This document shows, piece by piece, positions 18,791 through 27,559 of a DNA stretch of 34,078 nt. This DNA is from a bacterium (GTDB lineage: Bacteria; Margulisbacteria; Marinamargulisbacteria; SXXA01). Each line of letters starts with the position of its first letter. Within the stretch, counting starts at the first letter, position 1. Under the pieces are notes generated by a model, which made no database searches, was not told where the DNA came from, and was given only the letters and a program-made list of their open reading frames with translations. Where the stretch lies: positions 1 to 34,078 of the forward strand of contig CANNCG010000001.1 of the NCBI GenBank assembly GCA_947502965.1, given 5' to 3'. The translations under genes were made by a program, and so were the position numbers.

Positions 18791-18831
18791 AATGTAGCCC
18801 CATTCCAAAATTTTTGGGATGGGGCTACATT
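18791..18831. repeat. 41-bp near-perfect palindrome related to the repeat tips, abutting the ABC gene start
   Basis: AATGTAGCCCCATTCCAAAA-T-TTTTGGGATGGGGCTACATT (20-bp arms, 1 mismatch). Each arm is about 16/21 identical to AGCGTATACCCATCCCAAAAT. Confidence 0.6.
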
Positions 18832-20697
18832 ATGGGCATGACACACACACCCTCTGCACCTGATCCTTTTTCTTTTTCCAAATTCAAGTCTGGGCTAAAG
18901 GCCAGCGTTGGTCATATTGCACCTAGCTTTCGCTTGGCCTATCGGTCAGCGCCCAAGCTCTGTATAGGCATCACAGCGGTAACCTTGCTGTCGGCGGTGA
19001 TGCCACTGGGAATTGCTTATATGGGCAAGATGATCGTCGATGCCATTGTGGCTAAAAACATGGCTGACACCCTGTATTTCGTCGGAATTGAAGCCGCTTT
19101 AATTTTGATACAAAGCTTAATTTTACGCGTGTTGTTTTTACTACAATCCTTGCTTGGGGCCAAGCTGGGCGCAGATGTTAATTGTCTCATTTTGGAAAAA
19201 GCAGTGACACTGGAACTACGTCATTTCGAAGATTCTGAGATTTATGACAAACTCACGAATGCCCGACGCTATGCCTCGACCCGACCGGTTGCGATGGTAA
19301 CCGACTTATTACAGTTGATCCAAAATTCGCTCACATTTTTGGGCTACATTGGGTTGCTTTTGGCCTTTAATGCGTGGATTGTTCTGGCATTGATACTGGC
19401 CGCTATTCCTGCGGCTATTTCGGAAATGCGGTTTTCCAATGCTACGTTTCGGTTGCGTAATTGGCGCTCTCCAGACACAAGAAGGCTCAACTATTTGGAA
19501 TGGATTTTGGCCACGGACGAGCATGTCAAAGAGGTCAAAATTCTGGGACTATCCACCTTGTTTCTCGGACGTTACAAACAACTTGCCAATCAGTTTTATC
19601 TGGAAGATAAAAAGCTCATGATGCGTCGTTCTATTTGGGCCTATTGTCTATCGATTTTAGCGACATGTACCTTTTATATAGCTTATGGGCTCATGGCTAT
19701 TGCAGCTGCCTTGGGGCGTATGAGTTTGGGAGATTTGACCATGTATGTCATGGCCTTTCGCCAGGGCCAACAGGCCTTTCAGAGCTGCCTAACGGCAATA
19801 GGCAATATGTACGAAGGCAATCTCTACATGTCCAATCTCTTTGATTTTTTGGCCATCGAAACACGGGAAGTATCGCCAGCCTTGCCACAAGAAACAGCAG
19901 GGATAACACCCGCAGGATCCAAGCCCCCATCACCGTTCTTAGAAGAAGGTCTTCGTTTTGAGAACGTAGGCTTTTGTTACGCGGGCAAAACCACATGGGC
20001 CCTGCGTCATATCACACTGTTTATACCCAAGGGAGAGAGTTTGGCGCTGGTGGGGCATAATGGGGCTGGAAAATCGACCTTTATCAAGTTGCTTTGTCGA
20101 CTCTACGAACCCACTGAAGGGCGGATCCTTTTGGACGGCAAAGATATTCAGGACTGGAGCTTGACCCTTTTACGCCAACGAATGGGGGTTGTTTTTCAAG
20201 ATTTTAATCAGTATCAACTTTCTTTTCGTGAAAATGTGGGACTGGGAAATGTAAACCAGATGGGCGATGAATCACGTATCTTGAAATCCGTAGATGAAGG
20301 TGGGGCCTCCGATGTTTTGGCAAGCATGACAAAAGGATTGGATACCTCTCTAGGCCGTTGGTTCAATGCCGGAGTGGAGCTGTCTGGTGGTCAATGGCAA
20401 AAAGTAGCCTTGTCCCGAGGCTTTATGCGCGAAGATGCTGACATTTTAATTTTGGATGAACCCACAGCCTCCCTAGATGCCGTGGCGGAACACGCTATTT
20501 TTGAACGTTTTCAGGCCCTAACACGTGGCAAAACAAGCATTCTGATTTCCCATCGATTTCCGACCGTGCGCATGGCCGACAGAATTGTGGTCATTGAGCA
20601 AGGACGCATTGTGGAAGAGGGCACTCACAGCGATTTACTGGCCCATGCAGGACGCTATGCCCACTTGTTTTCGCTGCAAGCAAAAGGGTATGCCTAA
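18832..20697 (+). CDS. ABC exporter, fused permease/ATPase (MsbA-like type I)
   Basis: Six N-terminal TM segments, Walker A GHNGAGKST, signature LSGGQWQKVALSRG and Walker B ILILDEPTASLD. ATG 18832 is preferred over the TTG inside the palindrome. Confidence 0.85.
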   Translation: MGMTHTPSAPDPFSFSKFKSGLKASVGHIAPSFRLAYRSAPKLCIGITAVTLLSAVMPLGIAYMGKMIVDAIVAKNMADTLYFVGIEAALILIQSLILRVLFLLQSLLGAKLGADVNCLILEKAVTLELRHFEDSEIYDKLTNARRYASTRPVAMVTDLLQLIQNSLTFLGYIGLLLAFNAWIVLALILAAIPAAISEMRFSNATFRLRNWRSPDTRRLNYLEWILATDEHVKEVKILGLSTLFLGRYKQLANQFYLEDKKLMMRRSIWAYCLSILATCTFYIAYGLMAIAAALGRMSLGDLTMYVMAFRQGQQAFQSCLTAIGNMYEGNLYMSNLFDFLAIETREVSPALPQETAGITPAGSKPPSPFLEEGLRFENVGFCYAGKTTWALRHITLFIPKGESLALVGHNGAGKSTFIKLLCRLYEPTEGRILLDGKDIQDWSLTLLRQRMGVVFQDFNQYQLSFRENVGLGNVNQMGDESRILKSVDEGGASDVLASMTKGLDTSLGRWFNAGVELSGGQWQKVALSRGFMREDADILILDEPTASLDAVAEHAIFERFQALTRGKTSILISHRFPTVRMADRIVVIEQGRIVEEGTHSDLLAHAGRYAHLFSLQAKGYA

Positions 20698-20831
20698 ACC
20701 CAAAGGGCAAAGCTACTTGAATGTCCTTTTTTTGCTCGGCAAAACCGATCAATCTTGGTTTTTTTGGGAACTTTCGCCCCCGATACCCCCGCTGCTTCGC
20801 ATAGCCATTACTACGCTACCGCAATTAACAA

Positions 20832-20890
20832 TTGACTTATGATTTAAAAAAAACAAATAATGACGCGATATATAAAATATCGCGATTATT
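20832..20890 (+). promoter_or_regulatory. Putative sigma70 promoter with overlapping operator-like palindrome upstream of the prepilin gene
   Basis: TTGACT (20832-20837), N18, AATAAT (20856-20861). The palindrome AATAAT-ga-CGCGATAT-ataaa-ATATCGCG-ATTATT spans 20856-20890. Confidence 0.35.
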
Positions 20891-20919
20891 CTAGGGGTTT
20901 TACAAAAAGGAGTATCGTC

Positions 20920-21318
20920 ATGAATCAGTCAGGGTTTAGTCTTATCGAATTGGTTATTGTTATCGCCATTATGGGATTGTTGGGGATGGCCGCTGTACCC
21001 AGTTTTAGTGCCATACAAAACAAAACCAAAAACACGTCTTTCAAATCTACCGCACATACCATTGAAATGGCCCTAGAGACCTATGTATTGGACAAGGGCG
21101 CGTATCCTAGTGGTCAAAACGTCAGTGCCTCAGCATTGGTCGAAACACTTATGACGGCAGGACTACTCACTACCGTCCCAATAAATCCATTCACAGGGAA
21201 GGCTATCGCAGAAACAGATGCCAAAGGGCGGTTATCCTATAGTCAGACCGAGTCCGGATACACACTCACTGTCTATGGCAGCGATACAGACACCCCGATT
21301 GCGACCTTGGTGCGATAA
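20920..21318 (+). CDS. Prepilin-type N-terminal cleavage/methylation domain protein (PulG/ComGC-like pseudopilin or type IV pilin)
   Basis: MNQSG|FSLIELVIVIAIMGLLGMAAVP class III signal. AGGAG lies 8 nt upstream of ATG 20920. Confidence 0.8.
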   Translation: MNQSGFSLIELVIVIAIMGLLGMAAVPSFSAIQNKTKNTSFKSTAHTIEMALETYVLDKGAYPSGQNVSASALVETLMTAGLLTTVPINPFTGKAIAETDAKGRLSYSQTESGYTLTVYGSDTDTPIATLVR

Positions 21319-21352
21319 GGTCCCTCCCCAGAGAGGGGCCTTATTTTTTTTC
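21318..21352 (+). terminator. Rho-independent terminator of the prepilin gene
   Basis: AAGGTCCCTC-cccaga-GAGGGGCCTT followed by ATTTTTTTT. A second hairpin, TTGAGGAT...ATCCTCAA (21354-21386), lies between it and the fliA stop. Confidence 0.7.
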
Positions 21353-21404
21353 TTTGAGGATTTACTGCTGCGCAGCTCATCCTCAAGCCCCTAAAAAAAG
21401 ATCC

Positions 21405-22046
21405 TCATCCATCTATCATTGGCTGACTCAATGTCGCCAGCTTAGGGCCACCAATGACTTTTCTGAGCTTCTCTATGGCTTTTTTATAGATACGCGATAT
21501 TTGAGATTCGGACACCCCTATGAGTTCACCTATTTGTTTAAAGGTTAAATCATCTTTGGTATGGGACAGCACTATTTTTCGCTCACGCATCGACAATACT
21601 TTCATCGCTTCTTGCAATTGAACACCTGTTTCAATTTCATTTTCAAAATCGGCCCTGTCTTGAATGGCCATCAAAATATAGGCAGCATCTGTCACCCAAT
21701 CGTACAAGCGTGAGGGATCTGCACGCGTAATAAAGCGAATATGGTCTTTCATCGCACCAACAATACGGGCCCTCGCCAGCGGCCAAATATCGGGGCAGCG
21801 GCTAGGAACCCAGACCTTTACCGTCTCCAAAAACTCCAAATGGGCCACCGTTTTGAGGTCATCTATTTCGCTATCCACCACATGGTAGGGCAAATGACGA
21901 CTATAACGACGTACAATGGCATTTACTTTTGGCTGAAAGCGGATTAAGACCGCATTCACATGTTTAGACAACAATTGAACTTTTAGCTGATTCAAAACAG
22001 GCAATTCCAATTTTTCCCACAACACGGTCAATGTGTCTGACATCAA
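21405..22046 (-). CDS. fliA: Sigma-70 family sigma factor, FliA/sigma-28-like
   Basis: Region 4 HTH: LSMRERKIVLSHTKDDLTFKQIGELIGVSESQISRIYKKAIEKLR. Last gene of the flagellar operon, as in Pseudomonas/Vibrio. The ATG overlaps the upstream stop. Confidence 0.7.
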   Translation of the reverse strand: MMSDTLTVLWEKLELPVLNQLKVQLLSKHVNAVLIRFQPKVNAIVRRYSRHLPYHVVDSEIDDLKTVAHLEFLETVKVWVPSRCPDIWPLARARIVGAMKDHIRFITRADPSRLYDWVTDAAYILMAIQDRADFENEIETGVQLQEAMKVLSMRERKIVLSHTKDDLTFKQIGELIGVSESQISRIYKKAIEKLRKVIGGPKLATLSQPMIDG

Positions 22047-22312
22047 GAAATGCGAAGCTCCGCGAGCACCAATGTCCAGTACGCATTCTCACATTCTTTG
22101 TCCGCCAATTCTTGCGGGAGCAGTACTTGGGCCAACATTTCAGCCAAAGACTTTACCTTATCTGAAATCCACAGTTTGTCTTCGTCCGACAATCCCGCCA
22201 AATTTTCCAAACGAATATCCACATAATTGGGACCGGTTGCCCTATGACGCACACGCCGGTAGTCACTTTGGGGAATATGCTCTAGAAAAAAACGGCGGTC
22301 GTCATCACTCAT
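22043..22312 (-). CDS. Hypothetical 89-aa acidic protein, translationally coupled between flhA and fliA
   Basis: ATGA overlaps at both ends. No recognisable family. Occupies the position where flhF/flhG normally lie. Confidence 0.55.
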   Translation of the reverse strand: MSDDDRRFFLEHIPQSDYRRVRHRATGPNYVDIRLENLAGLSDEDKLWISDKVKSLAEMLAQVLLPQELADKECENAYWTLVLAELRIS

Positions 22313-24384
22313 TCGCTGATCATTCCAATAGATTGGACCTTGATTTGCGGCACAATCTCATTGTACGAGAGCACCGACAACTGGGGGAAATTCCTCTCCG
22401 AGAACCGCTTTAAATGGACCCGAAGACGGGGAGAACAGAGCGAAACAGGGGCCTTTTCCATTTTTCGAAAGTTGGCCATATGCTCCCCAATCTGACTCAA
22501 TACCTGCTCTCCCAGTTGTGGATCCAAAGCCAGAAATGAGCCATATTCCGATTGATGCACAGAATTAATCATGAGCTCTTCTAAACGCGGATCAATCGTA
22601 AACACAGTCAGGACGTCATCCGTATCCACATAGCCTGTACAAATCTGACGTGCCAAGGCTTGACGCACATATTCTGACAGCAAATTGGTATCACGAGACA
22701 CATGCGCATAGTCTGCCAAACGCTCCAAAATAGTAGACAAATCACGAATCGACACACGCTCCCGAACAAGAGATTGCAACACTTTGTGCACCTGCCCCAA
22801 AGAGAGCATATCGGGAACCAATTCTCTCACGATAGCCGCATTCGAATTTTTGACAAGCTCCAACAGGGATTGGACGTTTTGACGGGTCATAATCTCATCC
22901 GCATGCTGCTTGATGGCATCCGAAAAATGATTGGCAATAAAGTCTGTAATATTTTGTGCCGGGATCAGGTTGTCTTGCAAAGCCTCCAACTGATCCTCAG
23001 ACACCCATGCGCCTGGAAAAGCCGTGATCGGGTCTGTCGCCTCGATGCTATCAATGCCCTTGCGCTTGAGTTCAGCGGACGATTTTGGCACAAAGAAGTG
23101 GCCAGGTAACGCCTCCCCCACCGCGATTTTGGTACCCCGAATATCGATTTGATAGTGATTGGGCGGCAAGCTCAAATCGTCCATCACCCGCACCCCAGGA
23201 ATAACAAACCCCAATTCCTGTCCAATGTGATACCGCACCAAGGTAATCCGTTCCAGTAGTGGCCCATTTTGACTGGGGTCAATCAACGGCACCAAATTGC
23301 GCCCCGTTTTGAGACTAATAGGATCCAAGCCCAATGTGTTGAGCAAATTCTCTGGCTTTTTGAGCGCATCTTTGGCCGCTTCTTGGGTAGAATCTGTCGC
23401 CATTTCATCTTCTTGGCGCTGGGTTTTCATAATAAAGGCAGCCAAAGCACCCATCCCTACACCACAGGCCAAAAAAGGAACAGTCGGCATACCTGGAATA
23501 ATACCAAACAACATGAGCACCACAGACGTCACCGCAAAGGCCTTGGGCTGTGAAAAAATCTGGGCAGATACATCGGAGCCCAGACTCGCATCAGACGCCG
23601 ATTTTGTCACGACCAAACCTGTTGCGATCGAAATCAACAAAGCCGGAATCTGTGCCACCAAACCATCCCCAATGGTGAGGGTGGTGTAAAGGGTCATCGC
23701 CTCCCCTATTGCCAGATCTTTCTGGAAACGGCCAATAATAATACCACCGATGATGTTTACAAAAACAATAATAATACCGGCAATGGCGTCCCCTTTGACG
23801 AATTTATTCGCACCATCCATAGACCCAAAAAACGTGGATTCGCGCTCCAGTTTTTTACGACGCTCTCGGGCCTGTTCCGCATCGATCAAGCCTGCGTTCA
23901 TATCCGCATCAATACTCATCTGCTTACCAGGCAAGGCATCCAAAGTAAAACGCGCAGCAACCTCAGCAACACGCTCAGACCCTTTTGTAACCACCAAAAA
24001 TTGGACAAGGGTAATAATAGCAAAGGCCACAATCCCCACCACAAAATTGCCACGGGTGACAAATCCGGCAAAAGCCGCGACCATATGTCCGTCAAAGTCA
24101 GGGCCCAATGACAAAATCAATTTGGTCGACGCCACGTTAATCGAGAGACGAAACAGCGTTGTAATGAGCAACAAAGAGGGGAAGGCGGCAAAATCCAAAG
24201 GCTGTTTCAAATACATAGAGACCAAAAGAATGGCCACAGAAATAGCCAGATTGATTACCATCAAATAATCCAACATAATGGTTGGAATAGGCATGATCAT
24301 GACGCCGATGATCAGGATAACAATCGTCGCCAACAAGACGTCTGCTAAACTAAAAAGTTCTCTTAATTGTCTGAAACCAAACAT
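22309..24384 (-). CDS. flhA: Flagellar-type T3SS export gate protein FlhA (FHIPEP family)
   Basis: N-terminal polytopic domain (IMPIPTIMLDYLMVINLAISV..., FVKGDAIAGIIIVFVNIIGGIIIG) plus a large cytoplasmic domain. ATG 24384 lies 4 nt after the flhB stop and is preferred over 24438. Confidence 0.9.
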   Translation of the reverse strand: MFGFRQLRELFSLADVLLATIVILIIGVMIMPIPTIMLDYLMVINLAISVAILLVSMYLKQPLDFAAFPSLLLITTLFRLSINVASTKLILSLGPDFDGHMVAAFAGFVTRGNFVVGIVAFAIITLVQFLVVTKGSERVAEVAARFTLDALPGKQMSIDADMNAGLIDAEQARERRKKLERESTFFGSMDGANKFVKGDAIAGIIIVFVNIIGGIIIGRFQKDLAIGEAMTLYTTLTIGDGLVAQIPALLISIATGLVVTKSASDASLGSDVSAQIFSQPKAFAVTSVVLMLFGIIPGMPTVPFLACGVGMGALAAFIMKTQRQEDEMATDSTQEAAKDALKKPENLLNTLGLDPISLKTGRNLVPLIDPSQNGPLLERITLVRYHIGQELGFVIPGVRVMDDLSLPPNHYQIDIRGTKIAVGEALPGHFFVPKSSAELKRKGIDSIEATDPITAFPGAWVSEDQLEALQDNLIPAQNITDFIANHFSDAIKQHADEIMTRQNVQSLLELVKNSNAAIVRELVPDMLSLGQVHKVLQSLVRERVSIRDLSTILERLADYAHVSRDTNLLSEYVRQALARQICTGYVDTDDVLTVFTIDPRLEELMINSVHQSEYGSFLALDPQLGEQVLSQIGEHMANFRKMEKAPVSLCSPRLRVHLKRFSERNFPQLSVLSYNEIVPQIKVQSIGMISE

Positions 24385-24388
24385 AGGG

Positions 24389-25468
24389 TTATAGGGTATC
24401 CTGTCGATGTCCGCGCTTTTTGCGCAAATTATACACAAAGGCCAATATTTGAGCTACCGCCTTATAGTATTGCGGCGGCACTTCCGTGTCCACCTCCACT
24501 ACAGGGAACAAGGCTCTGGCAAGCGCCACATTTTCTACAATGACAATATTATTCTCTGAGGCAATACGCTTTATGGTTTCCGCAATTAATAACTTCCCTT
24601 TGGCCACCACCACAGGGGCTTTCATCTTGTCCGGTTTGTAGGCCAATGCAATGGCAATATGCGTGGGGTTTGTCACCACCACATCAGCCCCTGGCACAGC
24701 CCCCATTTGTCTCCCCATAGACATCTGCCTTGCCGCTTCTTTTTGACGCTGCTTGATTTGAGGATCTCCTTCGAGACGCTTGTATTCATCTTTGATTTCT
24801 TTTTTGGTCATTTTCATAGACTTCAAATGCTCATGTTGTTGATAAAAATAATCAAAAATAGCAACTGCAATATAAAACATACCGACCCGAACAACTACTT
24901 TCATCACCAAATTCCCGGTAAAAGACATGCCCTGCCATGGATCCAAACTTTGTGACAAGATCACAATGGGAAACTCTTCCACAACAACCCCGTAAATCAA
25001 CCATATGATCACTATCATTTTAATCGTTGACTTGACCAATTCTACATATTGTTTGAGGGCAAAAAACTTCTTAAACCCCTCAATGGGGTTCAGTTTTTCT
25101 AATTTAGGGGCAATGGAGGACATTGAAAAAAGAAATCCCGTTTGCAGCGATTCGATAATCAAAGCCGTCATAAATGTCGCAAAAAACAAAGGCGCCATAG
25201 CAAATAAAAAAGAATACACCGTATCTTTTAGCAAATTCCCCACAACGCTTTCAGAAAACACCAAAGGAATATAACCAAAAGAATTCCTTAAAATGATTTC
25301 CATTTCTGCCCAAAGATGACCGACAGAGGATTTCAAGGTAAAGAAAGAGACAAAAATCATCGTGACGGAGGTGATATCTTTGCTCTTGGCAATTTGCCCT
25401 TTTTCCCTGGATTCCCTCAATTTATGGGGGGTAGGTTCCTCTGTTTTATCCCCAGAATCCTCACCCAT
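24389..25468 (-). CDS. flhB: Flagellar-type T3SS substrate-specificity switch protein FlhB
   Basis: GDKTEEPTPHKLRESREKGQIAKSKD start, four TM segments and the NPTH autocleavage site (VVVTNPTHIAIALAY). Confidence 0.9.
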   Translation of the reverse strand: MGEDSGDKTEEPTPHKLRESREKGQIAKSKDITSVTMIFVSFFTLKSSVGHLWAEMEIILRNSFGYIPLVFSESVVGNLLKDTVYSFLFAMAPLFFATFMTALIIESLQTGFLFSMSSIAPKLEKLNPIEGFKKFFALKQYVELVKSTIKMIVIIWLIYGVVVEEFPIVILSQSLDPWQGMSFTGNLVMKVVVRVGMFYIAVAIFDYFYQQHEHLKSMKMTKKEIKDEYKRLEGDPQIKQRQKEAARQMSMGRQMGAVPGADVVVTNPTHIAIALAYKPDKMKAPVVVAKGKLLIAETIKRIASENNIVIVENVALARALFPVVEVDTEVPPQYYKAVAQILAFVYNLRKKRGHRQDTL

Positions 25469-26242
25469 TTATGTGGTCCCCAAATAAAAAAATACGCGCA
25501 ACAAGTGTTCTGAAATGGCTTCCATAATGGTGTAAATCTGAGAGACTAAACCTGGCGCAATGGCCCAAAAAACCAATACACTGACCATGGGTTTGATTTG
25601 AAATCCCATTTGAAACACATTGATTTGTTCTGCCACTTTGTTGAGCATGCCAAACCCAAAATCTACCATGAATACCACCAACAAAATTGGGGCAGACAGC
25701 TGTACCGCCAATCCAAAAATATAGGTCCCTAGCTGGGCAAGATACAGCATTCCTGCGCCAAAGTTGGGAATCTTTCCTACCGGCAACAGATTAAAGCTCT
25801 GCATCAAGGCGGACAAAACCAAATGATGCCCATCAATGGCCAAAAACATCATCGTCGCCGTCCACTTGAGCAACAAAGACAACAATGACATGGAACGTCC
25901 ACTAGACGGGTCCAAAAGAGAGGCCACACTCAAACCCGCCTGCGTGTCCATGAGACTGCCGGCAAATTCCATCCCCGTGACCAACAGATCGGTCACAAAA
26001 CCGATCATTGCACCAATGAGCAATTCAGAAAAAAAAGCAAAACCAAAGGTTAACACATTGTCTGGGACGTCTTGTGAAACCGGTACCAAAAAAATAAAAA
26101 GCCCCGAAATCCAAAACATCAGCATGACCTTGGGCAACAGGGGCAATTCTTTTCTACTCAATACAGGCGCCGTAATAAACAGACCTATGAGACGGGTCAT
26201 AATGAGAAAAAAAACAGTGACAACCTGAAGGTTAATAAACAT
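25469..26242 (-). CDS. fliR: Flagellar-type T3SS export gate protein FliR
   Basis: 257-aa polytopic protein between fliQ and flhB, with a FliR-like N-terminus (FFLIMTRLIGLFITAPV). Confidence 0.85.
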   Translation of the reverse strand: MFINLQVVTVFFLIMTRLIGLFITAPVLSRKELPLLPKVMLMFWISGLFIFLVPVSQDVPDNVLTFGFAFFSELLIGAMIGFVTDLLVTGMEFAGSLMDTQAGLSVASLLDPSSGRSMSLLSLLLKWTATMMFLAIDGHHLVLSALMQSFNLLPVGKIPNFGAGMLYLAQLGTYIFGLAVQLSAPILLVVFMVDFGFGMLNKVAEQINVFQMGFQIKPMVSVLVFWAIAPGLVSQIYTIMEAISEHLLRVFFYLGTT

Positions 26243-26245
26243 AAA

Positions 26246-26515
26246 CTACCGAGAATACAACGGAATGTTACGCCAAAGCTCCAACGTCATTTCCATGACA
26301 ATTCTGGCCACCCAAGGAAAGGTAGCCACTACCACTAGCAAAACAACCACCATTTTAGGAACAAAAGTCAGAGTTTGCTCTTGCACCTGTGTCACCGCCT
26401 GTAAAAGCGCAATCACCAAACCAATCAACAAACCTACGCCCACACTGGGCAAACTTGCCAATAAGATGACCTGAACGGCAGAATTTAGTATACCGGTTAC
26501 AATATCAATGTCCAT
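26246..26515 (-). CDS. fliQ: Flagellar-type T3SS export gate protein FliQ
   Basis: 89-aa two-TM protein with ...GLLIGLVIALLQAVTQVQEQTLTFVPK, characteristic of FliQ/SctS. Confidence 0.9.
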   Translation of the reverse strand: MDIDIVTGILNSAVQVILLASLPSVGVGLLIGLVIALLQAVTQVQEQTLTFVPKMVVVLLVVVATFPWVARIVMEMTLELWRNIPLYSR

Positions 26516-26518
26516 AAT

Positions 26519-27559
26519 TCACGACCTCCTCAGCTTCTGTGTTATGATTGTCTCTTGCACCCAGCTATCCGTCTTATTAGCAAGAGGCATTTCTACTGTA
26601 GCCGGTCCATCTGATCGGAATACCAAATGAACAGGATAATAGCTACCAGATTGCGGAATGATCTCAAGAACCATATTTTTTTTACTCTGCGGGGGCAAGT
26701 TTAGACTAAGGAGCTCCACAATAGCCGGAAATCCTGTTCCCCCAACATTCCCAGTCTGGAGCACTTGGGTGCCATTAAGACGTACCACTGCCCTCGCAAT
26801 ACCTCCCACTGGCGAAAAAAACAACATCACACGCCTAGCAACACGGTCTGGATTTTCCAGATTAGCATGAATTTTATAGGTTACCCCATAGTTCCCTTTT
26901 AAAGGGTATTCTGATAGAGGATTTCGCACAAAGGGCAGTCCGCCTATGGGAATCTCACTCACAATATCCCCAATCCTGTAAAAAACATCCCTTACCATAG
27001 TAGGGGAAAGATACACCATCGGCGTGACATCTCTCGCCATGACCGCATAGGAAGCATCTGGATACTCAGGATCGATGACACGGGATTCAAACACGGTGTC
27101 CACATCGGACTCACATTCAAAAATACCAGAAACAATCTCATCTGGCTTGATCAGCACATCCAAGAGCATGCTTTCCTGCGTACTAAGGGACCACATAGCC
27201 TTTGTTTTGGGCACTTGATTCCAGTATCTGGAAACCGCCTTATGTCCTGCAAAGACCTCATCTAAAACAGGTCCCGCCGCCGCCAATAAAGCCCCCATTT
27301 TTCCAGAGCCAGCTGTTGCTTTTACGGTAATGATAAATCTCAAGGGAATCGATGTCACATTTTTATGATGGTACAGCAGACGTAGTGACTTCCTTGCAGG
27401 CACGGGATAGATAAACAAGGATGCAGGCTCTGAAAGACGTTCTGGACTATTGCTCACGACCAATAGGTCAACAGCAGACACCGTCAACGACAACCATCCC
27501 CAGAAAAAAAGAATACTGCTTTTAAAAAAAAAGAAGCTGAGAGGTCGCCCCACACTCAT
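26519..27559 (-). CDS. Hypothetical secreted/periplasmic protein embedded between fliP and fliQ
   Basis: The ATG overlaps the fliP stop (ATGA), and the stop lies 3 nt before the fliQ start. Signal-like N-terminus ...ILFFWGWLSLTVSA|VD. The remaining ~320 aa have no recognisable family. Confidence 0.65.
   Translation of the reverse strand: MSVGRPLSFFFFKSSILFFWGWLSLTVSAVDLLVVSNSPERLSEPASLFIYPVPARKSLRLLYHHKNVTSIPLRFIITVKATAGSGKMGALLAAAGPVLDEVFAGHKAVSRYWNQVPKTKAMWSLSTQESMLLDVLIKPDEIVSGIFECESDVDTVFESRVIDPEYPDASYAVMARDVTPMVYLSPTMVRDVFYRIGDIVSEIPIGGLPFVRNPLSEYPLKGNYGVTYKIHANLENPDRVARRVMLFFSPVGGIARAVVRLNGTQVLQTGNVGGTGFPAIVELLSLNLPPQSKKNMVLEIIPQSGSYYPVHLVFRSDGPATVEMPLANKTDSWVQETIITQKLRRS

Noticed and set aside
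18564-18803. 79-aa minus-strand ORF spanning the uvrB/ABC intergenic region
   Set aside because: It is built almost entirely from the inverted repeat arms (both arms translate to GFHFG-like strings on opposite strands). It has no RBS and overlaps the uvrB start, so it is best explained as a by-product of the repeats.
22241-22258. RRxxxR (RRVRHR) in the 89-aa ORF, suggesting a PilZ c-di-GMP-binding domain
   Set aside because: The second PilZ motif ((D/N)xSxxG) is absent at the expected distance, the protein is too short, and its C-terminal half looks helical rather than beta-barrel.
22702-24268. Long plus-strand ORFs (135, 94, 130 and 172 aa) inside flhA, with similar antisense ORFs in fliR, fliN, fliM, uvrB and the MFS gene
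   Set aside because: They are antisense shadows of strongly supported minus-strand genes. Their compositions are low-complexity or biased and they lack starts with an RBS.
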